DNA from: Roseibacillus sp.
GTDB lineage: Bacteria > Verrucomicrobiota > Verrucomicrobiia > Verrucomicrobiales > Akkermansiaceae
Direction: 5' to 3'
Assembly (NCBI GenBank): GCA_002709915.1
Contig: PARF01000060.1
Coordinates: forward strand, 45,414-109,413
Length of the DNA stretch: 64,000 bases
This document shows positions 42,529 through 51,091 of this stretch, piece after piece (position 1 is the stretch's first letter; the number at the start of each line of letters is the position of its first letter). The translations under genes were made by a program, and so were the position numbers. The notes under the pieces are model-generated. The model saw nothing but the letters and a program-made list of their open reading frames with translations, was not told the DNA's origin and did not search any database.

Positions 42529-43806
42529 ATGCCTGAGTTCAACACCGTCGCCATCCTGCTTCTCGTCGCCCTCATTATGCTCTGGAACTTGGACCTGGTA
42601 GCTACCCTTCTTAATCTGGGGTCTCTTAAACCAGAACTCCCTCGGGAATTCGTCGATATTTACGATCCGGAGAAGTATTCCCAATCGCAGGAATACACCC
42701 GGGCCACATCCCGTTTTGGCATTTTCTCGTCAATTGCCTCACTGACAATTCTCCTTTGCTTCTGGTTTTTTGGCGGATTCGCCTGGTGGGACTCGTGGAC
42801 GCGCTCCCTCGCCCTTGGAGAAGTTTCTACCGGCCTTATCTATATCTTTGGTCTCCTTTTGGGAAACTATGTTCTCAACCTGCCTTTCACAGTCTACGCC
42901 ACCTTCGTACTGGAAGAGCGCTTCGGGTTTAACAAAACAACACGAGCGACCTTCGTGACGGACCAGCTCAAAACTATTTTTCTCACAACCTTGATCGGAG
43001 CTCCTCTTCTTGCCGGCATTCTTCTTATCTTTCAAAATGTTCCTGATGCATGGCTCTGGGCATGGCTTACCTTCAGCGCTTTTATTCTGGCGATCACCTA
43101 CCTCGCTCCATCGTTGATCATGCCGCTCTTCAATAAATTTGAACCCATGGAAGAAGGGGCTCTGAAGGAAGCTATCTACAAAATGGCGAAAGGTTGTGAA
43201 TTCCCTCTCACCGAGATCACAATAATGGACGGATCGAGACGTTCGGCAAAGTCCAATGCATTTTTCATGGGTTTTGGTAAGAACAAGAAAATCGCTCTCT
43301 ACGATACGCTTGTTGAAAACCACTCTACCGAGGAGCTCGTAGCTGTCCTCGCCCATGAAATCGGCCACTTCAAGCGCAAGCACATCATCCAGCGCATAAT
43401 CCTCTCTCTGGTTCAATTCGCCGTCCTGTTCTATCTCCTCGGTCAACTTATTGATCCTGAGAGCAGCTTCTCCCGCCAACTCTTTGCTGCGTTTGGCCTC
43501 TCCGCTGAAAACATCTCACCTCATGCCGGTCTCGTCTTTTTCGGAATTCTCTTCAGCCCAGTCAGCCGCTTTCTCGGAGTCTTTCTCAACGCGTGGTCAC
43601 GCAAGCATGAATTTGAGGCCGACGCCTATGCTGCAGAAGCACAAAATACCCCGGAGCACCTGATCACAGCCCTCAAGAAGCTCTCCGCAGATAATCTGTC
43701 AAATCTCACTCCTCACCGATTCCGCGTTCTTCTTGATTATTCGCACCCACCCGTCCTCGCCCGAATCCATGCACTTCGGAAGCTCCTGCCGGGCTCCACT
43801 GCATGA
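42529..43806 (+). CDS. M48 family zinc metallopeptidase, Ste24/CAAX-protease-like
   Basis: Multi-TM N-terminal region of the Ste24 architecture, HEIGHFKRKH (HExxH), and a downstream EFEADAYA glutamate. ATG 42529. Confidence 0.8.
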   Translation: MPEFNTVAILLLVALIMLWNLDLVATLLNLGSLKPELPREFVDIYDPEKYSQSQEYTRATSRFGIFSSIASLTILLCFWFFGGFAWWDSWTRSLALGEVSTGLIYIFGLLLGNYVLNLPFTVYATFVLEERFGFNKTTRATFVTDQLKTIFLTTLIGAPLLAGILLIFQNVPDAWLWAWLTFSAFILAITYLAPSLIMPLFNKFEPMEEGALKEAIYKMAKGCEFPLTEITIMDGSRRSAKSNAFFMGFGKNKKIALYDTLVENHSTEELVAVLAHEIGHFKRKHIIQRIILSLVQFAVLFYLLGQLIDPESSFSRQLFAAFGLSAENISPHAGLVFFGILFSPVSRFLGVFLNAWSRKHEFEADAYAAEAQNTPEHLITALKKLSADNLSNLTPHRFRVLLDYSHPPVLARIHALRKLLPGSTA

Positions 43807-44897
43807 GCAAGCCCCTTTTTACACATCTGGGATCTGCCCTCGCGGGAGGTTTGGTCGTCCTTCTCTGCATGTCGGGGCCTTTCAAGCGAGGGCTACATGA
43901 AGCGAAGGATACCGCGCACCTCTCAAGCCAGTCCCGCAAATCAACGAGGCCCCCTGCATCAGATACCGGATCCGGTCACCCTGCACCCCTACCGGAAGTC
44001 CTGAAAAAGCCTCCGGAGGTCCAAAGCCTTGAAGACCTTCTTGCTGCCACGGGCATCAAACTACCGACCCGCACTGAGCTCAACACTTACCTTGCTGACA
44101 GCGGTTACCCGGCGGAGGGATATCTCGCTGCAGGGATGATTTTGCAGGACCCCGGCCTTATGAGGGAAGCGATAATCCGGGAGCCTGCCAACCCGCATGT
44201 CCTATTTGCCCTCGCCTCACGTAGTGAATTTTCAGACGAAGATCGGATTAGTTGGGCCCGGCAACTTCAGGAGGTTCAGCCTGACAATTCGCTGGCATCC
44301 TTCCTCCTCGCATCACTCACGTGGGACAATGCGGATAAGAACTCAGCTCTGGAAATTCTCAACGAGGTCGATCATCGCAAAACATTCCAGACCTTTACCT
44401 CGGAATCATTAATTGCCGTCACCGACGCACTGCGCGCAACAGGCAACGACTCCAATGCCTCTACATACCACGCCCTGCTGACGGTAGATTTACCACACCT
44501 CGCCCAACTGCTCTCCCTGAGCCAGAATCTCCGTGAGCACGCCCAGCACAGCTCTCCTGAGGAAGCCATCATTGCGAGGCGGCGCAATGCGGACCTCGGT
44601 ACCTCCGTCGCAAAGCAAAACGACCTGATTTCGGGATTGGTTGGCCTTTCCATCCAAGGTAACGCCTATGCGGATCTTCCTCCTGATGCCCCATTTCCCA
44701 TCGCGGAAATGAATTATGATGCCTTCCTCGCCTCTATTGAGCATCGGCGGAATCAGATGAGGGAGCTCCCTGTCGTCACCGATGCACTGAGGGGTACGCC
44801 CGAGCTTGTCGAGGGATACTGTCGACGAGCGCTCGCTCTTGGAGAAATTGAGGCACTCCGCTGGTTACGCTCACGAATCCCATCTTCCTCTGAGTAA
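43803..44897 (+). CDS. Hypothetical N-terminally anchored alpha-helical protein, translationally coupled to the M48 peptidase
   Basis: 364-aa ORF whose ATG overlaps the M48 stop (ATGA at 43803-43806). N-terminal hydrophobic segment, then helix-rich sequence. No motif recognised. Confidence 0.45.
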   Translation: MSKPLFTHLGSALAGGLVVLLCMSGPFKRGLHEAKDTAHLSSQSRKSTRPPASDTGSGHPAPLPEVLKKPPEVQSLEDLLAATGIKLPTRTELNTYLADSGYPAEGYLAAGMILQDPGLMREAIIREPANPHVLFALASRSEFSDEDRISWARQLQEVQPDNSLASFLLASLTWDNADKNSALEILNEVDHRKTFQTFTSESLIAVTDALRATGNDSNASTYHALLTVDLPHLAQLLSLSQNLREHAQHSSPEEAIIARRRNADLGTSVAKQNDLISGLVGLSIQGNAYADLPPDAPFPIAEMNYDAFLASIEHRRNQMRELPVVTDALRGTPELVEGYCRRALALGEIEALRWLRSRIPSSSE

Positions 44898-44918
44898 CCC
44901 AGACCGCTCATTCAGCCA

Positions 44919-45326
44919 TCAGGCCTGTCCTTTGATCGGCACCGCGATAGCCTCGCATTCCTTTTCCCAGCCAGGGAAATTCCACGTGTTAGGGAATCCA
45001 CAGCATCGAACTGGTTTTACCTTCTGGATGCGGCACTGATCCCCATCCAGTATTATACGTCTACTGCTCGAATGCTTATCGATGAGAGAAAGGCCCATTC
45101 TGTTTGACCTGATTCTGGTGAATTCCTGAATGAACTCATGTTCTGCCATCCCAAGAAAAGAAGCGATCTGTGCAATTTCCGAGTCCTTTACTTCCACGGT
45201 TCCTGCCCACTTGCAGCACGCCGTAAAGCGTTGGAATACATAGTGGTAACGGGGTTTTTCGGGTACTGGGTGAAGAAGATTTCTGAGGTGACCTTGACGC
45301 GCTCCCATCATGCTTAGCGACGCCAC
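44919..45326 (-). CDS. YkgJ-family (CxxCxxCC-type) cysteine-cluster protein, divergent
   Basis: The segments FTACCKWAG..EIAQIASFLGM..EFIQEFT..CRIQKVKPVRCCGFP follow the YkgJ/UPF0153 layout. The N-terminal Cys pattern is incomplete. Confidence 0.45.
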   Translation of the reverse strand: MASLSMMGARQGHLRNLLHPVPEKPRYHYVFQRFTACCKWAGTVEVKDSEIAQIASFLGMAEHEFIQEFTRIRSNRMGLSLIDKHSSSRRIILDGDQCRIQKVKPVRCCGFPNTWNFPGWEKECEAIAVPIKGQA

Positions 45327-45414
45327 GGTCTGAGAGATATTCCCCGCCCCCGAACTCAGCCCGGGTAATGATCTTCGGGGATGTCAGACCTCTTATGCGG
45401 GTATGGCTCAAAGC

Positions 45415-46233
45415 TCATCGAGCCGCGTAGGACGGCCCTTGGACTGTGATAAGATCATGGTAGTATTTCACCCTAGCCTGAAACCCTCTCCATTTTTTTC
45501 CGGGACGTCCATTGTCGAGAAGGAAATGAGGGCAATTCTTATGCGGGGGATTCATTCCGTAGCGTGGCCAATGATAATGAGGAACTACCTTCGAGAGCGG
45601 AATCCCGTGCTTATACATCAGATAGGCTGCAAGCTTGGCCGTTCTGTCAATCGTCCGGTTGAGGCTATTCCCTTTGTGCTCGCACATCTCGAGTCCAATC
45701 GAATATTTATTCCCCGGCCCATTAAAGTCGGCGTGCCGCCCGGTTATGTTCGTGGGCAAGTGCTGCACCGCCACGCTCTGATCGATGGTATAATGCCATG
45801 AGAGGCTTCCTAGCTTACTACGTTTCAAAGCAAGCGAATGCCGCCATGGATCCGCACCCTTGCTCCAGTTCTGGGTGCTATGGATGGTAATATAACGGGG
45901 ACGCATCGAACTCTGCCCCCTGCGGCCTCGAGCGCTCTTGGGAAGGTAATCCTTGTGAACTCTGACCTCCGACAGAAGCGCCAAGGGATCCTTTCGAGGA
46001 ATCATGGCAGGGGCACTGACGGGAACTCCCTGCCGTCCAAGCCCCGACCGCGCAGATACTGGAGACCTCTTGCTGGTGACGTAAGCGTTGCTGGCGGAAA
46101 GCATTCCAGCAGGTCCGCCTCGATAGCCCTGCATGCCAGCTACACCGATACTACTGTGGGATGAACATCCCGTGAGAACAAGGGATGAAAGAATTGTGAG
46201 AAATGTTAGCGGATTGGCGAGGAAGCTCCCCAT
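45415..46233 (-). CDS. N-acetylmuramoyl-L-alanine amidase (amidase_2/PGRP fold) lipoprotein
   Basis: Lipobox LTGCSS. Segments YITIHSTQN.., WHYTIDQSVAVQHLP, NKYSIGLEMCEH, and VVPHYHW..KNCPHFLL. Confidence 0.8.
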   Translation of the reverse strand: MGSFLANPLTFLTILSSLVLTGCSSHSSIGVAGMQGYRGGPAGMLSASNAYVTSKRSPVSARSGLGRQGVPVSAPAMIPRKDPLALLSEVRVHKDYLPKSARGRRGQSSMRPRYITIHSTQNWSKGADPWRHSLALKRSKLGSLSWHYTIDQSVAVQHLPTNITGRHADFNGPGNKYSIGLEMCEHKGNSLNRTIDRTAKLAAYLMYKHGIPLSKVVPHYHWPRYGMNPPHKNCPHFLLDNGRPGKKWRGFQARVKYYHDLITVQGPSYAAR

Positions 46234-46507
46234 GGGCTTTAAATTATTTAAACGTTGTTAACAAAATACCGAGTTATTCACATTTGTGAAGATCTAAGTT
46301 GCCCAAGCCGGGAAGCCCTGTCTTGTCTGCATACGAATCAAACCAGATTCCCCAGCTCCACTAGTCAACTCGCCCGCGGACGCCCTCGCCTTCGCGAGGG
46401 AGAACTGCGTTCTGAGCGAGGCCTCTAAGCTCAGCGAGAGCGAAAAACCACTTACTGTAGGCCCTGTCGAACCGCCCGCGCAGGCCTTTGCAACCGCCTT
46501 AATATCC

Positions 46508-49500
46508 TTGTCGCTCGACTCTAGCTCACGACTCTGGATCCTGGGCGGCTCCGCCCGGCATCGCGAGCGAATCTCCTCCGAGCTCGCAGCCTGGGGCCAG
46601 AAGGTCGTGGGCATTCCAGATCCTCCCTCAAGGATCGTTGACACACAAATCCTCGACCCGGAACCCGACGCTGAGCGCCTTGCCGCATTTCAGCATCTCG
46701 CTGACCCCCGCGATAAAGCCGACACGCAAATCATTATCGCTTCCGCTAACGCGCTCTCTCATCCGGCCCCTTCACTACTCCAACTGAAATCTTCTGTTCT
46801 CTATCTGATGACCGGGAAGAAGTGCGATCCGGACTCCTTGGAGCAGCAATTTCTCGAAGCGGGTCTTGAGCAGGTATCCCAGGTCCACGCTCGCCAGCAA
46901 TTTGCCCGGCGAGGAGGAATCCTCGATGTATTCCCCGCTCAGGCAGTCGATCCGTTACGTCTCGAGTTTTTTGATCTACAGCTAGACTCCCTCCGTGAAT
47001 TTGACCTCGATTCCCAAATTTCTATCCGTCGAATCGACCACGCTGAGTTGATTCTTACTGCTCCGGTAATGGATACCACGATCTGCGAATGGCTCTTGGA
47101 AAATGACACCATCATCGGGCTTGAAGAAGGAATTGAAAATGCGGACCTCATTTTCACCGACAACCCTTCCGGCGGAGCCCTCATGGTAGAAGCTTACGGA
47201 ACTCCCTTCGCCCACTTCAACGCCGGCGATTTCGTACTCCATGAAGCACAGCAAAGCACCGTATTTCATCACATTAATCAATGGATTTCAGAGCAATGGA
47301 CGATTTTCATCGCAGCGGGATCCGAAGGCGAACGTGAGCGTTTCCAGGAACTCGCCGGAACTCAACTTCCGGAAAACAACTATCGTTTTCTCGAGCTCTC
47401 GGTTTCAGAGGGTTTTGTTCTCCGCTCTGCAAAAATGGCTGTTCTTTCCCTGGGAGAACTACTAGGTCGAGCGCAGCCTTCCAGAGGAACCAACCGCCTC
47501 CGGCGCCTGGAAAAGGCACGTTCACATTCGGCGGCTACCGAACTGGACCAGCTTAATGAAGGCGATCTTGTTGTCCACGCGGACTACGGAATTGGACGCT
47601 TTCGCGGTCTGACCGACGGAGAGGACGGAGAGGAGGAGCTTTCCATTGAATACCGGGACGGAAGCACCCTGCATGTACCCATCGATCACTCCCACCTCAT
47701 TTCCAGGTATGTGGGAGTCGGCGGCAAGGCCCCTGTGCTAAGCCGGTTAGGTGATGGACGCTGGGGCAAAGTCCGCAAATCTGCAGAAGCTGCAATCATG
47801 GACTATGCCGCTCGACTTCTCCGAACGCACGCCGAGCGAGACTCCAAGCAAGGGTATGCACATCCCGCAGATGGTCGTTGGATGTGGGAATTTGAAAACT
47901 CTTTTCCCTTCACTGAAACAGCCGACCAAGCTCAGGCGATCTCGGATACTAAAGCCGATATGGAGTCGAGCCAGCCTATGGATCGCCTCATATGTGGCGA
48001 CGTCGGTTTCGGGAAAACCGAAGTCGCCATTCGAGCGGCCTTCAAGGCCGTCACGGGAGGTTCTCAAGTCGCTATTCTCGTCCCGACGACAGTGCTAGCC
48101 GAACAGCATTGGCGAACATTCCGCGAGCGAATGAGCGACTTCCCCATCCGGATTGACCTGCTTAGCCGCTTTCGTAAGCCCAGTGAAATTTCCGATACCA
48201 TCCGAGGCATCGCGGAAGGAAGTGTGGATATTGTGATAGGGACTCACCGTCTTCTCTCCGAAGATATTGCATTTCATAATCTTGGACTCGCCATCGTTGA
48301 CGAGGAGCAACGATTCGGGGTTAAGCACAAGGAGCAATTCAAGGAGCACTTTCACCAGGTTGATCTCCTCTCTCTTTCGGCCACGCCGATCCCCCGCACG
48401 CTCTATCTTTCCCTGATGGGCGTCCGCGACATGTCCACGATCGATACTCCTCCTCCAAACCGCATCCCGGTTCACACCTCCGTATGCTCTTATGACGAAC
48501 GCGTTATACGGGACTGCATTCGTCGAGAACTGGAGCGTGGGGGACAGGTATTCTTCCTCCACAACCGGGTTCAGAGTATTGAACTCATGCGCAAGCGTCT
48601 TCTCGAACTGGTTCCTGAGGCCCGGATTCTAATAGGCCACGGCCAAATGGCCCGGGAAGACCTGGAGGTCGTCATGCATGAGTTCGTCGAAGGAAAAGCT
48701 GATGTCCTGCTCTCTACCACCATAATCGAAAGTGGCATCGATATTCCTAACGCCAATACCATCATAATAGACCGGGCCGATCGCTTCGGACTCGCGGATC
48801 TCTACCAGCTGAGAGGCAGGGTAGGCAGAGCGGACAGGCGAGCCTACGCCATCCTGATGCTGCCACGGGATCAGATCTCCACGGGCGATGCAAAAAAACG
48901 AGTGAGTGCAATCAAACAATATAGCGCATTGGGATCGGGCTTCAAAATTGCCATGCGTGATCTCGAAATCCGCGGCGCCGGCAACCTGCTGGGGACGAAG
49001 CAATCGGGCCATATTGCCGCTGTGGGCTTTGACCTCTACTGCCAGCTTCTGCGGCAATCTGTTGAGCAGCTAAGCGGCCACAAGGTTCGCCGCAGGGTCG
49101 ATGTTGTTCTCAGGGCAGGATTTATAGTGTTTTCCGAATCTCGATACCAAGAGGCTGACGATGAGAAGCTTCCGGCATATTTTCCCGCGGAATACATTGA
49201 AGATTCGCGGGCTCGTGTCGCAGCCTACCGGGAAATGGCCAGTCTCACTTCCCTGGAGGAGCTGCACGCCTTTGAATCAAGGCTCCGCGATCGTTACGGC
49301 CCAATGGCACGACCCGCGAGAAACCTGATCAAGGTCACCCGGCTCAGGTTTGAAGCCACAATGGCCAACGTAGAAACTGTCGAGATCCGTGGAGATCGGC
49401 TCATGGTCCAGCGTAACGGTGGATTCCTGATGGTCGATAACCGCCAGTTTCCCCGCTTGAGGTCAAAGCATCCAAGCAGTATGCTTTCGGAGGCAATAGA

Positions 49501-49528
49501 GTGGTTAGAGTCCCTCAACCGACCATGA
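46508..49528 (+). CDS. mfd: Transcription-repair coupling factor Mfd
   Basis: UvrB-homology N-terminus, RNAP-interaction (CarD-like) segment GDLVVHADYGIGRF, helicase motifs GDVGFGKTEVA, DEEQRFG, LSATPIPRT, QLRGRVGR, and a TRG/C-terminal domain. The start is uncertain (see findings). Confidence 0.9.
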   Translation: MSLDSSSRLWILGGSARHRERISSELAAWGQKVVGIPDPPSRIVDTQILDPEPDAERLAAFQHLADPRDKADTQIIIASANALSHPAPSLLQLKSSVLYLMTGKKCDPDSLEQQFLEAGLEQVSQVHARQQFARRGGILDVFPAQAVDPLRLEFFDLQLDSLREFDLDSQISIRRIDHAELILTAPVMDTTICEWLLENDTIIGLEEGIENADLIFTDNPSGGALMVEAYGTPFAHFNAGDFVLHEAQQSTVFHHINQWISEQWTIFIAAGSEGERERFQELAGTQLPENNYRFLELSVSEGFVLRSAKMAVLSLGELLGRAQPSRGTNRLRRLEKARSHSAATELDQLNEGDLVVHADYGIGRFRGLTDGEDGEEELSIEYRDGSTLHVPIDHSHLISRYVGVGGKAPVLSRLGDGRWGKVRKSAEAAIMDYAARLLRTHAERDSKQGYAHPADGRWMWEFENSFPFTETADQAQAISDTKADMESSQPMDRLICGDVGFGKTEVAIRAAFKAVTGGSQVAILVPTTVLAEQHWRTFRERMSDFPIRIDLLSRFRKPSEISDTIRGIAEGSVDIVIGTHRLLSEDIAFHNLGLAIVDEEQRFGVKHKEQFKEHFHQVDLLSLSATPIPRTLYLSLMGVRDMSTIDTPPPNRIPVHTSVCSYDERVIRDCIRRELERGGQVFFLHNRVQSIELMRKRLLELVPEARILIGHGQMAREDLEVVMHEFVEGKADVLLSTTIIESGIDIPNANTIIIDRADRFGLADLYQLRGRVGRADRRAYAILMLPRDQISTGDAKKRVSAIKQYSALGSGFKIAMRDLEIRGAGNLLGTKQSGHIAAVGFDLYCQLLRQSVEQLSGHKVRRRVDVVLRAGFIVFSESRYQEADDEKLPAYFPAEYIEDSRARVAAYREMASLTSLEELHAFESRLRDRYGPMARPARNLIKVTRLRFEATMANVETVEIRGDRLMVQRNGGFLMVDNRQFPRLRSKHPSSMLSEAIEWLESLNRP

Positions 49529-50502
49529 AGACTATTTTCCCCCTTATCGCGCTTCTGACTTTTCCCCTCGCGGCCGCCCCGGTCCCACTTCTGAAGACCG
49601 CAGCAACTGTCAATGGCAAGATGATCAGTACGCGGGAGGTTGAGCAACAGCTCGCCCCCGCAATCTCCTCCCTGCTGGCGAAATATCCCCGTCGCGGGGA
49701 GAAGTTCCAGCAGGCCCTCGCGGAAGCGAGAGAGGAGGTTCTGGAGGAACTCATCGAACACAAACTGGTTCTGAGCAATCTCGAGGAGCGAAAGATTCAG
49801 ATTCCCGAATATATCGTAAAACAGGACGTCGAACGTTTTATCCGAATCAATTTTGACGGTAATGAGCAGGAATTCCGGAAGTATCTTCAATCAACACGGA
49901 TGACCCGGCGGGAGTTCGAGAGGTCGCAACAGGAAAAGATCCTGGTTCAATCTTTCAAAAGGGAACAGTTCAGGGATGTTGCTCCTGCCACTGAGAGCGA
50001 GATCGTCTCACGCTTCAAGAAACGGGCAGCCGATTTGCGTGATCAGACCGAAGACAAGATTACCTTTCGCAAAATCTACATTCCCGCAATCAATCAGGAA
50101 AATCCGGTCGCCACTCAGCAGGAACAGCTTGCCCTCGCTGAAAAGCTTGCAGAAGAAGTTCGAAACGGCGCAGATTTTGCGACCACCGCCGAGGCGCACT
50201 CATCGGGAGCTTTTGCCGACAAGGGAGGCCTCTGGCAGGACACCCTGCGCTCTGATCTTGAAGTGGGGTTTGCTGACATAATCTTCGAGGCTTCTGAAGG
50301 AGATATCGTTGGCCCGCTCAAGGACAGGATCGGCTTTACAATCGTAAATATCGTCAAGATAAGCCCGGGACCAACTCCCGAACTCGACGCTGAAATGCGA
50401 GAGCGCATGCGGAAGGAGGTTGAGATGGAAAAACGCTCCGTCCGCTATGATGAATGGATTAAGATGCTGAAAAGAACTGCCATCATCAGGCGAAACATCT
50501 AG
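49525..50502 (+). CDS. Peptidylprolyl isomerase (SurA/PrsA-like, parvulin domain)
   Basis: Signal peptide MKTIFPLIALLTFPLAAAP. Parvulin segment GADFATTAEAHSSGAFADKGGLW..GDIVGPL..GFTIVNI. Its ATG overlaps the mfd stop (ATGA). Confidence 0.75.
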   Translation: MKTIFPLIALLTFPLAAAPVPLLKTAATVNGKMISTREVEQQLAPAISSLLAKYPRRGEKFQQALAEAREEVLEELIEHKLVLSNLEERKIQIPEYIVKQDVERFIRINFDGNEQEFRKYLQSTRMTRREFERSQQEKILVQSFKREQFRDVAPATESEIVSRFKKRAADLRDQTEDKITFRKIYIPAINQENPVATQQEQLALAEKLAEEVRNGADFATTAEAHSSGAFADKGGLWQDTLRSDLEVGFADIIFEASEGDIVGPLKDRIGFTIVNIVKISPGPTPELDAEMRERMRKEVEMEKRSVRYDEWIKMLKRTAIIRRNI

Positions 50503-50530
50503 AATCTGCGACCGGTAGGCCAGGGACATC

Positions 50531-51040
50531 ATGCACACGGCTGTTTACGCAGGGAGCTTTGACCCTCCAACCAACGGTCACCTTTGGATGATCCAACGCG
50601 GATTAGAATTGTTTGACCGCCTCATAGTTGCCATCGGAACCAATCCCGGAAAGCCATACAGCTTCAGCGTCAAGCAACGTCTGGAGCTGATGAAAGCTTC
50701 AGTGCCGTCCTGCGAGCGCCTTGAGATATCGCACTTCGACAACCGCTATCTGGTAGATTACGCCAAGGAGCAGAAGGCAGCCTATATTCTGCGCGGTGTC
50801 AGGACTGGCGATGATTACGAATATGAGCGCGTGATGCGTCATATTAATGCTGACCTCGCTCCAGAAATAACAACGATTTTCCTGATGCCTCCCCGCGATA
50901 TAGCTGAGCTCAGCTCCAGTATGGTCAAGGGACTAATCGGGCCGGAGGGATGGGAAGACACCGTGCGGCGCTACGTTCCGGGGCCGGTATTTGATGCTCT
51001 CTCTCCCGCCCAACCTGATGCAGACAAGTCAGGCCAGTGA
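50531..51040 (+). CDS. coaD: Pantetheine-phosphate adenylyltransferase
   Basis: AVYAGSFDPPTNGHLWM (T/HxGH nucleotidyltransferase motif). Size about 165 aa. Contains ISSSMVK-like ELSSSMVKGL. Confidence 0.9.
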   Translation: MHTAVYAGSFDPPTNGHLWMIQRGLELFDRLIVAIGTNPGKPYSFSVKQRLELMKASVPSCERLEISHFDNRYLVDYAKEQKAAYILRGVRTGDDYEYERVMRHINADLAPEITTIFLMPPRDIAELSSSMVKGLIGPEGWEDTVRRYVPGPVFDALSPAQPDADKSGQ

Positions 51041-51091
51041 ACTTCTGCCTGTGTGTCGTCCGTATTCGCAGCTCCCTGAACATTCTCGACC

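Noticed and set aside
42739-43479. A 246-codon ORF antisense to the M48 peptidase gene. Similar long antisense ORFs occur at 15523-16146 and 16153-16686 (in sucA), 17593-18246 (in the ABC ATPase), 24060-24596 (in ligA), 52273-52830 (in cstA), 36687-37265 (in the giant gene) and 31113-31643 (in the SDR).
   Set aside because: The 42739-43479 ORF is in the codon-aligned antisense frame, since 43479 is a third codon position of the sense gene. In that frame, stops arise only from sense TTA, CTA or TCA codons, which this genome rarely uses. The translated products are low-complexity, Arg/Ser/Pro-rich, and lack motifs. I treat all of these as shadow ORFs.
46234-46507. The GC-rich, hairpin-containing 274-bp region between the amidase and mfd, considered as a structured ncRNA gene (SRP RNA, 6S RNA or RNase P).
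   Set aside because: It has no SRP helix-8 GGAA-tetraloop motif and no RNase P P4 signature. Most of the stretch is open in the mfd frame, so an N-terminal extension or 5' UTR is more parsimonious. It is reported as a start-codon question instead.
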